This document shows, in pieces, positions 13,869-26,130 of a DNA stretch of 64,000 nt. The DNA lies in assembly GCA_016748015.1 (NCBI GenBank), contig JAAOMT010000577.1, forward strand, positions 547,871 to 611,870, written 5' to 3'. The translations under genes were made by a program, and so were the position numbers. Within the stretch, counting starts at the first letter, position 1; every line of letters starts with the position of its first letter. The stretch comes from Geosiphon pyriformis uo1 (lineage: Eukaryota > Fungi > Glomeromycota). The notes under the pieces were generated by a model, which was given only the letters and a program-made list of their open reading frames with translations, had not been told where the DNA came from and did not search any database.

Positions 13869-15765
13869 ATAGAACCAGTGAGCACATCTGCTAATGGGTC
13901 TGGTACTAGTTGAACTGGTTTGAAGATTCATTTAAGTGCCAAAAAGAAACATGTAAATACTATCTACTCTTATAGTACATTCTACAAAAAACCAAGAAAA
14001 TCTGTCGATGGTAGTGTAATTGATTCATCTGCTGGTTCTTTGAATTTGAATAATGTTGGTAGTACCAGTGTTAAATCTGTGGTTTTCTGAAAAAGCAATA
14101 TTGGCAGTATTGCAAGCAGTATTAGCAGTTTATTGAACATTGAAAATATAAGAAACACAATTGTTGAGGAAATAAACTATGCAGATTCAGATGCTTTAAA
14201 TAATATTGAGACCATAGACAAATTTATGCCAAGAAAAACTCACACTTAAACATATGTACTAGACTACTCTTCAAAGGCACTTTTATTTAACAACTTGAGT
14301 GATAATAATAGCATCTTGGCTCTCCTATCCCCTAAATTTGCTGGCTTCTGTTAAATTGTTTGCATTAAATGTTGAGCTATCTGCTATGCTGAACAAAATT
14401 AATAATGATAAGTTGATTGCTATTAAAAAAATCTTCTATCAAATTGATGGTTTTGGAAGAGCTTTGACTTTTTCAAAATTTTCAGGAATTATTAGATTAT
14501 CTTTTATGTCAGAATTTAGTTTAGATAAGACAAAGAAATTGGCAATCTGTAAAAAAATTTTTGTTAATGATAATCTCAGAAAGGTAAATAGCTATTCAAA
14601 TCAGAAAATTATTGTTGAGAAGATTCCAGTCAATCTTCCAAAGTTGATTGTGAAGTTAGTTTTTTCTAAATTTAGTAAGATTGTATCAATCAAAATACAG
14701 CTGATTGGTCTTTGACAAAAAGCTTTAATAGAGTTTGAATCATTCAAAATAGCTGATTTGGTTATAGTTAAATGATCTGTGCTTATAAGAAAAGACTCTG
14801 TTTATGTGATGAAAGCAATTGATAATAAATAAATATAAGTATTCAGAGATTAACATTGTGCTTTGCTATATACATTATCAGTTAGCACTATGGCCCATGA
14901 TTTTTCTGATTTATTGGCTTTTTATGGTGAGAAAATTTTTGTTATTGGCTGCAATCTGGTTATATATGTTTACGATAAGTGCACTGTGGTTTGTTTTAAT
15001 AATAAGACATCCAGATTGACTGCTGTTGGTTCTGTTCCTGTTTTTAAGGATGTGAATTTGTGTTAGACTAGTCTTTTTTTGGCTTGCTATGCTTGTTGTA
15101 AACAATTTGGTCATGTTTTTATTAATTGCTCAGTGGATAAAAATTTTGGTGTTTATGATAAGCAGATAGTAACTTCTCAGAATCAGATTTGTCTGGCCAA
15201 TATTTATAAGAAAAAACAGACACCCATCACTTGTTTGGTTTTTTTCAATAAAACTTGGGTCCAAGTTGCTAGTGGCTATTTATCTCATGTGATCTCATTA
15301 GGTTTTTTTAGCACTGGTTTGTCTTTGGATTTAAAACTCATCTCAGTGGTTTCCAGTCTTCTTGACATTTCTAGTTTAACTAATTGTTTGAATTTTTTAG
15401 AGCACTTTTTAAATCTTTTGGTTAATTAAATGTCTGGTATTTTGAAAAAATTAAGTTTTGTTGAAATGGTGCTATTAGCACCATTTTTTTATACTTCCTT
15501 TTTAGTTATTCCTAAGTCTCTGGTTTTGGGTTTAAATAAAAATATGACTTTAGATAATACATTGATGTCATCTGTTTCCTTTTTTTCAGTTGTTGATAAT
15601 GCAATTGCAGACCTTAGCTCAAGTAGTTCTAAAGTGTTGACTTCTAAGGTGAGTGGTTTAGAATTGAAATTGATGACTTTGAAAGTGTTAGTAAATTTGG
15701 TCTTGAAAAAATTGTATTGTTTGTGTTTTGGTCTGGGTTTATCAGCTCTTTCTTTATCTCAATGA
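13869..15765 (+). pseudogene. LINE-d ORF1 (RRM-like plus CCHC zinc knuckle)
   Basis: ORF-track fragments 14299..14715, 14863..15066, 15079..15429 (CCKQFGHVFINC knuckle) and 15430..15765; the stop TGA overlaps the ORF2 ATG. Confidence 0.85.
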
Positions 15766-18700
15766 ATGAGTTTGTCTAAAAATTTGCTACATACAATGTT
15801 AGAGGTATAAAAAATCTTGCTAAGCAAGAGGATATTATTTATTAGCATAAGGAAATAAACAATCTGATTACTATTATCATTGAAACAAAGTTAAGGAGTA
15901 AATTTTGTCTTTGGATTATGAATAAATTTGATGGTGTTTATGTATTTACTTCTGGTTTAGAGTTTAACTACCTGGGCTCTGATGTTGCTGTTATAATAAA
16001 CATTGGTTTGGCAAAATACATATACAAGATTTCAGAGGTGGCTGGCAGATTTTTGTCTATAAAACTGCTTTTCAAAAATAAGTTGTCTGTTTTAATTTTG
16101 AGTCTTTATGCTGATGTCACTCTAGCCTGCATCTGTTTCAAACTTGTAATGTCAACTCACTGATTGCAAGAGCAGTAAATAAATCTTCTTTTGTTATTTT
16201 GGGTGAGAACTTCAATAAGAATAGTTTACACAAGTGTGCCAGTTTCAAAAAATGTTTTGATTTGGAATTGGTAAATTTTCTGTTAGGTAGTTCAATTGTT
16301 AAAAGTTTTATATGGAAGAATTTGAGAAGTGCCAAAAAAACAATAGACTATGTGTTTGTTTCTTCAAACTTGGTCAATACAGTAGTGAGTTATGATATAT
16401 TGAATGTTAGTGAACACTTTAACACTAATTACCAAACTGTTTCTATGTTTGTGAATCTGAGTGGTCTGTTAGATACACAGTTAAATTTTCTCTGTAAATA
16501 GGTAAATAGGAATTGTTAGAAATTCAATATCAAAGGTGCTGGTAAAACAGATTAGTGTAGATTTAAAAAGTCTATGACAGCTAATGTGGCATTGTTTTCT
16601 GATAAGTTTGTTGTTTCCAAGGGGTTTTTAGATTTAGATGTTATATAGATTGTTGTTCACAAAGTGATGTGTCTTTTGGTGAATAAGGTCTTTAAGAAAA
16701 AGTGGTTCAAGAGTTATGATAATGTCTTCACCAAGGGATTTTCTAAGTTTTATAAGCTAGAAATTTTGGTGTCAAGAATTGTTAAGTCTTTACATAAAGA
16801 TGTTAATAGTGTTTTTGAATTTTTAATAAGCCATTAGGCATCTTTTGACATTGATAAGGCTTTGCCTGTTTAGGCTCTGTTGAATTCTGGTGCAGATTTT
16901 GATTGTATATGTTCGGCTTTTTTTAGTATAAAAAAATTATATCATGCCTTTAAGTTTGCTGAGTCTTTGTAAGCTGAGGAGTCTTGGATTAGGTCAGTTA
17001 TTGTTAAACAGATAAAAAGTTTTGCAATTAATAAGAGTCACATAATTAGAAGCATGCTGAAGTGTCTTTTTTAGAAAGTAGTTTTAAACCATCTGGTCAT
17101 TAAAAATGAACTGATTTTGAACTCTGATCTGGTTAAGACTAAGGTGGATGTAATTATGGAGAGCTGGACTAAAAAGTGTAAAGTGGTGGCAGATTTATTC
17201 AATAATTAGTCTTATCAATATCAATTTCTTAGTTTTAAAAAATATATTAACACAATCTCCCATTTTTGCCATTGGTTCAATTATTAAGAATGCTTTAAAG
17301 AAAAACCACAAACTTTGGCTGGTCTTGCAGAACATGCAAAAGACCTACAATTTTATTAAATAGAAGCATCTTAAAAGAAGCTTGGTCAGGATAAAAATGT
17401 GTGACAAGTTCATTAGATTTTTTGGTAGTCTTTACAATGATCATGTTAACAGAATTATAACTGATTTTGAATTAACAGATAGATATTAGGTACATGATGA
17501 TCTGGATCAGGGAAAAGTGTTCTTACCTTTTCTTTGGCACATATTTTATGATCTACTTTTGTGTGAAGTCAAGAAACAAGAAAGCATTTGTGAGTACAAG
17601 TTGAATTTTTATTTTATTGTTAAAACTGGTCACATAAAATCTCAGGCTGAATTGTCATCTTTTCTTACTACTGGTGCTTTTGTCAATAATACTATTTGGA
17701 TTAATAGCAGTCAGACTACAACCCAATACATTCTCAATATTGCTAGTGAATTTTTTTAGTTTAATGATATTTCTATAAACAATAACAAGACAGTAGTTAT
17801 TACTATTAATTGCAGAGTTAGAAGTCTTTCATTATTTATTAGTGGTTTGTTTATTTCTATTGCCAAAAAGGAGAAATTCTATTATTATCTGAATATTTTT
17901 CTGTTTACTAAAGAACTGTTAAAGCTTAGCTTAGCCAAAGCACATTTAGATGTTCAAATCTTTTTCAACCTTGTTTTAAAAAAGACCATTTTGAATAAAC
18001 AGCTTTTTTATTTGGTATTAGCTGTTTTTTATTCTATTGTTGGTTATCAAACACAGTTCAATTTTGTGTCTATTAGTGTATGCAATAAGTGGAATGCTTT
18101 AATTTACAGAAGTCTGAAGTTGAAGACACTATTCTTTTTTGTATAGTCTTAAGACTTTTGAGCAAGTTCAGGTAAAAAACATGCTGGCCTCCATAGTGTG
18201 GTTTGCAAATTCTGATGAGATTTTTGGTTATTTATTTTCTCACAGATTTTGTGACTTGTAAGCTCTGTGCTGATATCTGGTGCATTTTTTGAGTTTTCTA
18301 GCTCATATCAAGATCAGTCCATATAATAACTTTTTGACAGGTGTGGTTCGTGATTTTTATGAATACAAGTTGTCTTTGAGTGGTCCAATAAGCAATGTTT
18401 TCTGTTTTCAGGGTGATACTTTCATGTTAGCAGTGCTTAATAAGTCCAATTTTTTTAGGTTTCTCTCTTTACTTTAGTAATATAGCATTGCTTTTGTGGA
18501 ATAGTTTTACAGTTATAGTGGTGCTATTTTTGATTAAAAAACTTTTAAACATTGAAAGAAGTTAGATCTGTATGGCCTTATTCCTGACTGGTTCAGACTT
18601 TTTGTTAATTTTCTGAATGGTATCACTTCTTTTTCTGTCTGCTCATCCTCTTTGGATGCATTTGAACACTTGAATATTTTAAAGTCTTATAAGTTTGGGT

Positions 18701-20026
18701 TAGTTTGTAATTATTTGTTGAATGTTATGTCTAATAGTTTTTTTGTCTATATGGATGAATCTCTAAAGAACTTAGGAAGTATTAACATAAAAGCTGGTAC
18801 AGCAGTTTTTTTTGAGGATATAAACTTGGGTTTGGAAGTTAAGATTTCTGGTCTAATATCTTTTATTTTGGCAGAGTTGCAGACTATTGCTTTTGTTCTT
18901 GAGTGTGTTTCTTCTCAAAGCTCAGTTTACTTTTTTACAGACAGTCAAGCTGTTTTGAATATATGTAAGTTGAAATTGGGTCTAGTGTATCCAGATTTTT
19001 AGAATTGGTATTGGATTGAACATCAGTATATTATGAACATAATTAGAAAAAAGAATATAAATATTAGCTAACACAAAATGAAAAGTCATTTGAGAGTCTT
19101 AGGTAATAAATGTGCTAATATATTTGTTAACACTGCTTTTTTTTTCCCTAATATCTTTCTCTCTGCTTAGAAAAGTGTTGCATTTTGGCTGAGGGTAATG
19201 TTATTTCTGGTAATCCTAAACATTTTATTTATGAAGTCTTTTGAGCTATTTATTATGCACATTGAGAAGTTGGTTTTGGTTTTAAAGTTTTGAATAATAA
19301 TTTGCTTTTAAATATCAATTGGCTTAGTTTATTTTTGGTGTGACATCCCAACTTACATATGGCTGTTGGTTTTACTAATAAGCTTACTACTGAGATCTGT
19401 ATATATTTTATAAAGGCTTTACATCATTGGTTTTTTGTTACTGTTCAGAAGTGCTTATATAATAAGTATTATCTTAGTGTATCATGTTTGTATTGTGGTG
19501 ATGTTGAGATTTCGGATCATGCTTTTTTTTGTGTAGTTAATAATTTTGTTTGTCATTGATTGTTGAATGCCCATGTAATTGCTTGGAATGTGATTTTTGG
19601 TCTTTTTCTTTTTTCTTTATGTGTGTTTTAGTTGTTGTCTTCCTGTATTACAAATGCTGTGGTGTGCACAACTTTATGTAAAGACAAAGTTTTTAGAAAT
19701 TGGCTTCAGGAAGTTACATCTGTCTTTGGTGGTTCTAAAATAGCAGTTTGAAAGGTTAAGAACTTTGTGTGTGACTTCTGTCTTGCTTTCAGAAATGAAG
19801 TTTAATTGATCTGTGCTAAACATCATACTTTGATGAAAAAAAATGAGCTTATATCAGTTGATAATTCAGCTCTAGTTTTGGTTCCTAGGCTGTTTTTAGT
19901 GCTTTCTGCTGGTATGGTTAAGTTGTTAGGAATTGTTAAAGCATTTGAAAATGGTTTTGATTTTTGTAGATGTAGTTTGTTTTTTTAGATATTGAGAACT
20001 CAGTCTTGGTTTATGTAGGTACTTAA
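15762..20026 (+). pseudogene. LINE-d ORF2 (APE-RT-RNaseH-zinc finger) with an internal deletion in the RT N-terminus
   Basis: MNEFV*KFATYNVRGI; LGENFN and KKTIDYVF (APE); GAFVNNTIW (FVDD); VYMDESL, AELQTIA, FTDSQA and KMKSHLRVLGNKCAN (RNase H); CLYCGDVEISDHAFFC. The KAAG...TRPIAL block present in LINE-b (about 5140-5530) is absent near 17230. Confidence 0.92.
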
Positions 20027-20155
20027 TGTTGTTCTAATTGGCCCAAGTAACTGGTCATATGTAGATAATATATAATTCATACTTAGTTTAGATCAATTTT
20101 TGATGTATAGTACTAAGCAGTGTTTGGACTTTACTTGTTAAATAAAAAAAAAAAA

Positions 20156-20425
20156 CTTTCTTACCATTAGTATAACTAATTAATATATAACTAAATTTCT
20201 TATACTTAGTATATTTGGCTATATTTAAATAAAACCAATACAGATTGTATCTTTTGAAATTAGTATGGTATTTATAATAGTATTTAGTAAGTTAGCAGAA
20301 TTAAAACAAATCACTACATACTTGGTCTAAGCATATATAATAAGATGAATATTAATTACACATGTTTTTCTACTTATAAATCCAATAAAGTCCTAAATAT
20401 TATGTGTATTTGTTTTTATTAACAG
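20156..20425 (-). mobile_element. LINE-c ORF1 continuation (zinc-knuckle region), cut by LTR element C
   Basis: Minus strand reads a decayed GTNAHDIWDFIG..GKTCVI..VICF..FKxxNLYW..knuckle that joins the ORF1 segment ending at 13750. Confidence 0.75.
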
Positions 20426-21631
20426 TATTACCTAAGTAAAAAAACCAAACCAAGTTATGAAAAAATGTAATCAAAAACATGATAACACAAAATAACATAA
20501 AAGAACACAGAATAATACATAATAATATGGGATAACACAATACAAAATATAATAATATAATATAGCACAAAATAATAAGAATAACTAGTAATAACATAAA
20601 AAAATAAAGCAATAACAAAAAAAACAAACAAATAATGAAGATAATTAGTAATAACATAAAAAAACAAAGCAAAAACAAAAATAGCAAACAATAATTAGCA
20701 ATAATAAAACAATTAAAAACAGTTTTATAAAACTAAGAGAAATATATAAAAAAGAGTATTTATAGAAGATAGAAAAACAAACAGATAGACAAAAATCAAC
20801 TTCCTTCTACCTATATTTGTTACATATCTTTTGTTATATCTTATATTTTATATTATAGAAATAAAAGAAATATTAACAAAACTTAAAATTTTTACCTGTA
20901 TGATTCTTATATTTTACGTATTATAGCTAAATTAATCTTATTTTTTTATTCCCAGTCAGATGTTTTTGGCATAAAACAGTTTTAAACTATTATAACTTAA
21001 ACTAATTATACTTGATTATGGTAATTAATAATACTAATTTATTTATTTTTATTTTTTTTATCTTTTTTTGATTTTTTTTTTGATTTTTTTTATTTTCTCT
21101 TGTGAAATAACAACATAAGAAAATTGACTGTCTGAAAATAGACTTTGTAATAACCTGGTAAAAGAAAAAAGCTTTCTTTAAGATTGAATATTAATATTAT
21201 CTTATTAGCTTATCAAAAAGACAAAAAGACACCACCAAACTCTAATGACTATGCTTAACTATTTTGAAGAAAATAGTTTATATACAAGAAATTACAACAT
21301 TGTAAAACCATTTCTTTGTGCTTTATAATCAAAGAACTCCATGGGTAAATTCATATTAATTAGAAAGATCTTCAGAGACTAATAATACTAATACTTTAAA
21401 CAATTCTACCAAAAAAAATATTAAAAGCTTACCAAATATTATTACCATATATTATCAAATTTATTCATAACATTTGGTGCTTTTTGTGAGGTTATAAAAT
21501 TCACAGAAACAGAACACTCCAGAAATTCACAAAAGTGGCAACTATTGGAACAGAAAAAAAAATTATTTACTATACAAAAAAGTTTTATTTTAACACTTTA
21601 AGGAAGATTTAAGGATACCATTAGAAATCAT
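20426..21631 (+). mobile_element. Gypsy-like family C fragment: 5' LTR (20426-21472), PBS and about 150 bp of internal sequence
   Basis: Starts tattacc (<TGTTACC) where LINE-c stops; ends ...cataaCA followed by tt-TGGTGCTTTTTGTGAGGTT, resembling the family B PBS; repeat array followed by TATATAAA near 20743. Confidence 0.7.
21475..21493 (+). promoter_or_regulatory. tRNA primer-binding site of element C
   Basis: TGGTGCTTTTTGTGAGGTT, 2 nt after the LTR end; TGG pairs with the tRNA CCA. Confidence 0.75.
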
Positions 21632-23817
21632 TGTTACAGATAATTATTTGAGATCTTAAAGCAAATAACAAACCTGTAATTTAGTGCTACTATGATGATA
21701 ATAATCTCTAAAGGTTTTGTTACTCTGAAGGTTTTGTTAATTTGAAGGTTTTGGGTTTGAGTTCTTTGTATAATAGACAGAGATTCAATAGTTGTTTTAT
21801 TCATAGCCTCTTGGAATCACAATTTCATCAAATTTTTTTCTTCAGTATATTAGCCAATTTATTCTAACAGTCATGCTTTTCTGATAAGTTATTCTCAATT
21901 TTCGAGTTTCTTACCCTTATTTTTGGGTCTTTTATCAGGCTATTTTTGATGTCTATAATTCAGTGCTTAATTCTTAATCAATTAGTAAACAATAAAAAAC
22001 AACAAAAGAAAATAAAGAAATAAAAGAAAAATGCATAAAATAAAGCCAAGGTAATTAAGTTAATATCCCATTAATAGCTATGATTAAGAGCTATTGTTCT
22101 AGTATAGTCAAGTATGGATTACTATTAACATAAAGTATTGATAGTATACAATTGGATTGATATAATTAATAAGTATATTTATTGATAGTGTAAATGTATG
22201 AATGCTAACTAGAAAATAGAATTCAGAAGTCTGTCTTTTCTGCTTTTAATGTTATTACTATATATATATAATTGAGATTTCTCAATTTCTGAAATTATGC
22301 AATTTCTTGAGAGTAATCCTAGAATTCTAGAATCCTGCAATTCTTTATATGAAAATTTTGTAATTCTGGAATTCTGCAATTTTTTTGAAAAAAATCCTAG
22401 AATTTCCTATTTACTATGTTTACTTCTGATTGGCTAATTTATATGCTAATATAATTTCTATATTTTATAAGTAATATTATTCTCTTTTTTTAATATTGAG
22501 CTTTATTAAAATCTCCTAATTTCTCTAATTCTCCAGATTAAATCATATTTTGAATTTTTTTTTCAAGAATTACTTGTGTTATTTTGATCTGTAATTTCTT
22601 AAATTGAATATTGGTTATTTTACCATTTGATTAATAGTAACTGTATCCATTTCTGAATTGAATAGTATTTCTGGTCAGTCTTGGAATCCAGCTTGTAATT
22701 GATATATTGCTTGTGCTTATGTGGTTAGATTGTTTTTTCTCAGAAATTATTTAAGTTGTTGTAATATTTTTGTATTAAATAATTATTTTGTTTTATTTGT
22801 ATATAAATTCTAAATGTTCAGGTGTTGTTCCAAGTAAAAATAATAAAAGTTTTTTGAAAATTGTTGTGTCTACCAGTTTCAAGTTTCTTTAATTAATCTT
22901 TAATATAATATGGCTTTTGTTTGTACTTCTATTGCTATTTTTACTTTTAAAATTATCTTGTCAACAATATTTTCTGGTTTTTTCTGTACTTTATATTGGA
23001 GTTTTTTTTGTATTTTTATATCAAATGGTTTGCTGGTTAATTGTAATTTTCATATTTTGTTGTTGAACCAGTTGGAAGAGTTGTTGTGCTAATGTGTAGA
23101 TATTGTCAGTAATTTTTATTTTTCTGGTATCTTTTGTTATATGCTAATTCTTTATATAGAGTTTTGATATTTCAATTTGATATGTTCGTGTTGATGATTA
23201 TTATTGATTCTAGATCTCATAGAATTTCTTTTAGTTGAACTAGTATTTTTTGTATTTCCAATTGTAGAATATTATTAGTTAATAATAATGCTATTCTATA
23301 TTATAGTTTTAGTCAATTACCATGTGCTGCTTTGATTATAATTTTGTTGTTCCATCTTAATTTATAAGCTCTATTTCCTAGAATTTTTTTTATGTGAAAT
23401 AATCCATCTTATTTGGAGTCAAATTTTCTATTCTATTGTTTTTCCACTTTGGTATTATATAAAAGTACTTTGTTTCTAATTTTAAATTCAATTGATTTGT
23501 CTGATAGTTGGTTATTGTGTCTTTTTTTTGTTTTTTTTGTGACTTTTTGATATTGTTAACTGTTCTTTACCATTTGTTTTTTAGTGTTTCCATTAAGTTA
23601 TATGTTTTTTTTAACAATGTTTCTTGAAAATTCTCTTCTGTTATTGGTTTTGTTGGATATGTTTTGACTTCTATTTTGACTGGTACTATTGCTGTTTTAT
23701 TATATACTAATTCAAATAGTGTAGTTTGTGTAGTGTCTTGTTTCATTGTCTAATAAGCAAATAATATTGATAGTATAAACAAATCTTATTCATCCTGGTT
23801 TTCTTGGCTGATTTTGG
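21632..23817 (-). mobile_element. Gypsy B' fragment: integrase C-terminus, ORF3, PPT and 3' LTR (21632-22476)
   Basis: LTR end tgttacagataattattt matches B (44147); integrase segment 23200-23817 is colinear with B 36470-37092; ORF3 ends DFNKAQY* like B's DFDKAQY*. Confidence 0.88.
22490..23119 (-). pseudogene. B' ORF3, about 210 codons, unknown function
   Basis: (M>I)KITDNIYTLAQQLFQLVQQQNMKITINQQTI...DFNKAQY*, homologous to B ORF3; TATATAAAG about 32 nt upstream. Confidence 0.75.
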
Positions 23818-24763
23818 TGTTACCAGTAGAATTTTAGCTATTAATTAGCATAAAATTACCCTTATAATTCTTATTATTAATTAGCATATATTATTATTAT
23901 TTCGAATATCACTTATTAATTAATCAAATTTTCCAATATTATTACTCAATCAATAATCCGATTTGTACCATAAAAATTAAGATAATCAAATTACACAATA
24001 CCCTAAACTATTTAACATAGTCAAAATTCGCCGAAATTAATAAAAATTGGCCGAAATAATCAATAGTTTAGTGAAATAATTTGTAGTTTACTAAAATGTA
24101 TCTTTAGTTCACCCAAATTGTAGCAAAAAGAAAAAATGCAAGTTCAAAGACTAGTATTATAACAAGTTGTATAAAAAAAAGCTTTTCTCTTTAAAAAAAT
24201 GTATTTTCTCATAATATCTCAATATAGTATCTTAATTTAGATATTTTAATTAAAACAAATTATCTTTTACACATTTCAAATAAAAATTATTATATTTGAA
24301 ACTTCCTTATTACAACTAACGTTTTAAAATTGATTAGCTACCAATTCCAATAATTTGTTAGTGACTTCAGGCCTGGATAGAAAATGTTTTCTTTGACACA
24401 ATTCTATTTCTTTATATTTCTTTTATTTTTTCTTTTTTTCTTATTATAATCATTAGGGTAGCCTACAGACAAGATTTCTGTAGAAGAGTTGACTTTTACA
24501 GCAAAGTAATTACACATTTTTAGTGAGCTTTCAGATGAGCAATTCCTGAAAAAAAGTTGACATTTACTACAATGTAACTACATAAAATAACTGACAAGGA
24601 ATTGGCTATTCCACTTATAAGCCCAGCAGTTCAAATTATAAGAGATAATTTGAAGATAAATTCAGTTACTGGAGGTCCAACTACTTCTAAAAAACGTGAA
24701 TTCACAGCAAATCAACATTAACAACATTCAAAAAAAAAAAAAGACCAAAAACTTTTAGTAATA
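23818..24763 (+). repeat. A' 5' LTR (946 bp)
   Basis: TGTTACC...AGTAATA(<TAACA); direct repeat of 52676-53618 and homologous to the A LTRs. Confidence 0.92.
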
Positions 24764-24765
24764 TT

Positions 24766-24783
24766 TGGTGCTCTCTCATGGAA
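24766..24783 (+). promoter_or_regulatory. PBS of A'
   Basis: TGGTGCTCTCTCATGGAA; compare A: TGGTGCTCTTCCACGGAA. Confidence 0.85.
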
Positions 24784-25144
24784 ATAATACAGCAACAACA
24801 AATTCAAAGTGGTGACCATACCAAACACAACAACTCTAGAGTATTATCAGTCAATTTACACCTACTGCAAGCAAAGATTCAACATCTCAGATGGAATTAA
24901 AGTTGTCAAGAAATCAGTATACCAATACATTGAAAATCATATCAACAATTATCTTTTTGGAAACTACAATATTTCAGAAGTTAGAAGCAACCTTTACAAT
25001 AATTTAGTGCACTATTCACTGTTACAGATAATTATTTGGGGTCTCAGATCAAATAACAAATCTGTAACATGGTGCTTGGTTGGTATTCTGTGGTTGATAT
25101 CTGAAAGTTTTATTGTAGAGTTCTTTGTATAATAGACAGAAAGT

Positions 25145-26130
25145 TGTTACCAAAGGTTTTTGGTCTTTTTTCTGTAATGTTGTTGATACTTATTTGCTGT
25201 GAATTCACGTTTTCTGGATGTGGTTGAACCTCCAGTAACTGAATTTTTAACTTCAAATTATCTCCTATAATTTGAACTTGCTGGGCTTATGAGTAGAATG
25301 GCCAATTTCATGTCAGTTGCTTTATATAGTTATATTGTAGTAAACGTCAACTCTTTCCCAGGAATTGCTTGTTTAGAAGCTCACTAAAAATGTGTAATTA
25401 CTTTGCTGTGAAAGTCAACTCTTCTACAGGAATCTTGTCTGTAGGCTACCCTAATGATTATAATAAGAAAAGAAAAGAAAAATAAAAGAAATGTAAAAGA
25501 AATAAGATTTTTATCAAGGGAACGTTTTTCTATCCAGGCCTGGAGTCACTAACAGTTTACTGAAATTGGTAGCTAATCAATTTCGAAATGTTAGTTGGGT
25601 TTTTGGAAGTTTTTTCAAGTACAATAATAAAAAAATTTGGTTTTTCGAATTATTTGATATTTATTTCTTTTTGTGTATATAGGAACGGTTTTAAGAGATA
25701 AATTTAAAGTAAGATACATTTTCTCAAAGAGAGAAGCTCTTCTTTTATACAACTTGTCATAACACTATTCTATGAACTTGAACTTTGCTATTTTCTACAA
25801 TTTCACTAAACTAAAGATACATTTTGGCAAACTACAAGTTATTTCTGCGAACTATTAGATATTTCGGTAAACTATCAATTATTTTAGCAAATTTCTATAA
25901 ATTTCGGCAAACTTTTGAATGTTACATAGTTTGGGGTATTACATGATTGATCATTGCAATTAGGTTACATTTGTGTTGTGTACAATTTGGGTTATTAATT
26001 AAATGATAATTTCGGACATTCTTTGTTAATGTAATAAGTAATAATTTGAAACAATAATATATGCTAATTAATGATAGGAATTATAAGATAGTTTCATGCT
26101 AAATAATATCTCTAATTTCGTCTAGTAATA
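25145..26130 (-). repeat. A 3' LTR
   Basis: Colinear with 34014-34999; differences are almost all transitions. Confidence 0.96.

Larger units (their letters stand above)
13760..20155 (+). mobile_element. LINE-d: best preserved LINE copy, inserted antisense into ORF1 of LINE-c
   Basis: 5' UTR, ORF1, ORF2, 3' UTR and poly-A (20144-20155). LINE-c ORF1 resumes on both sides; ctttct flanks both ends (13745-13750 and 20156-20161), a candidate TSD. Confidence 0.92.

Noticed and set aside
20400-20691. Hydrophobic ORFs 20400..20687 and 20455..20691 as membrane proteins
   Set aside because: They are antisense translations of the A-rich repeat array in LTR C.
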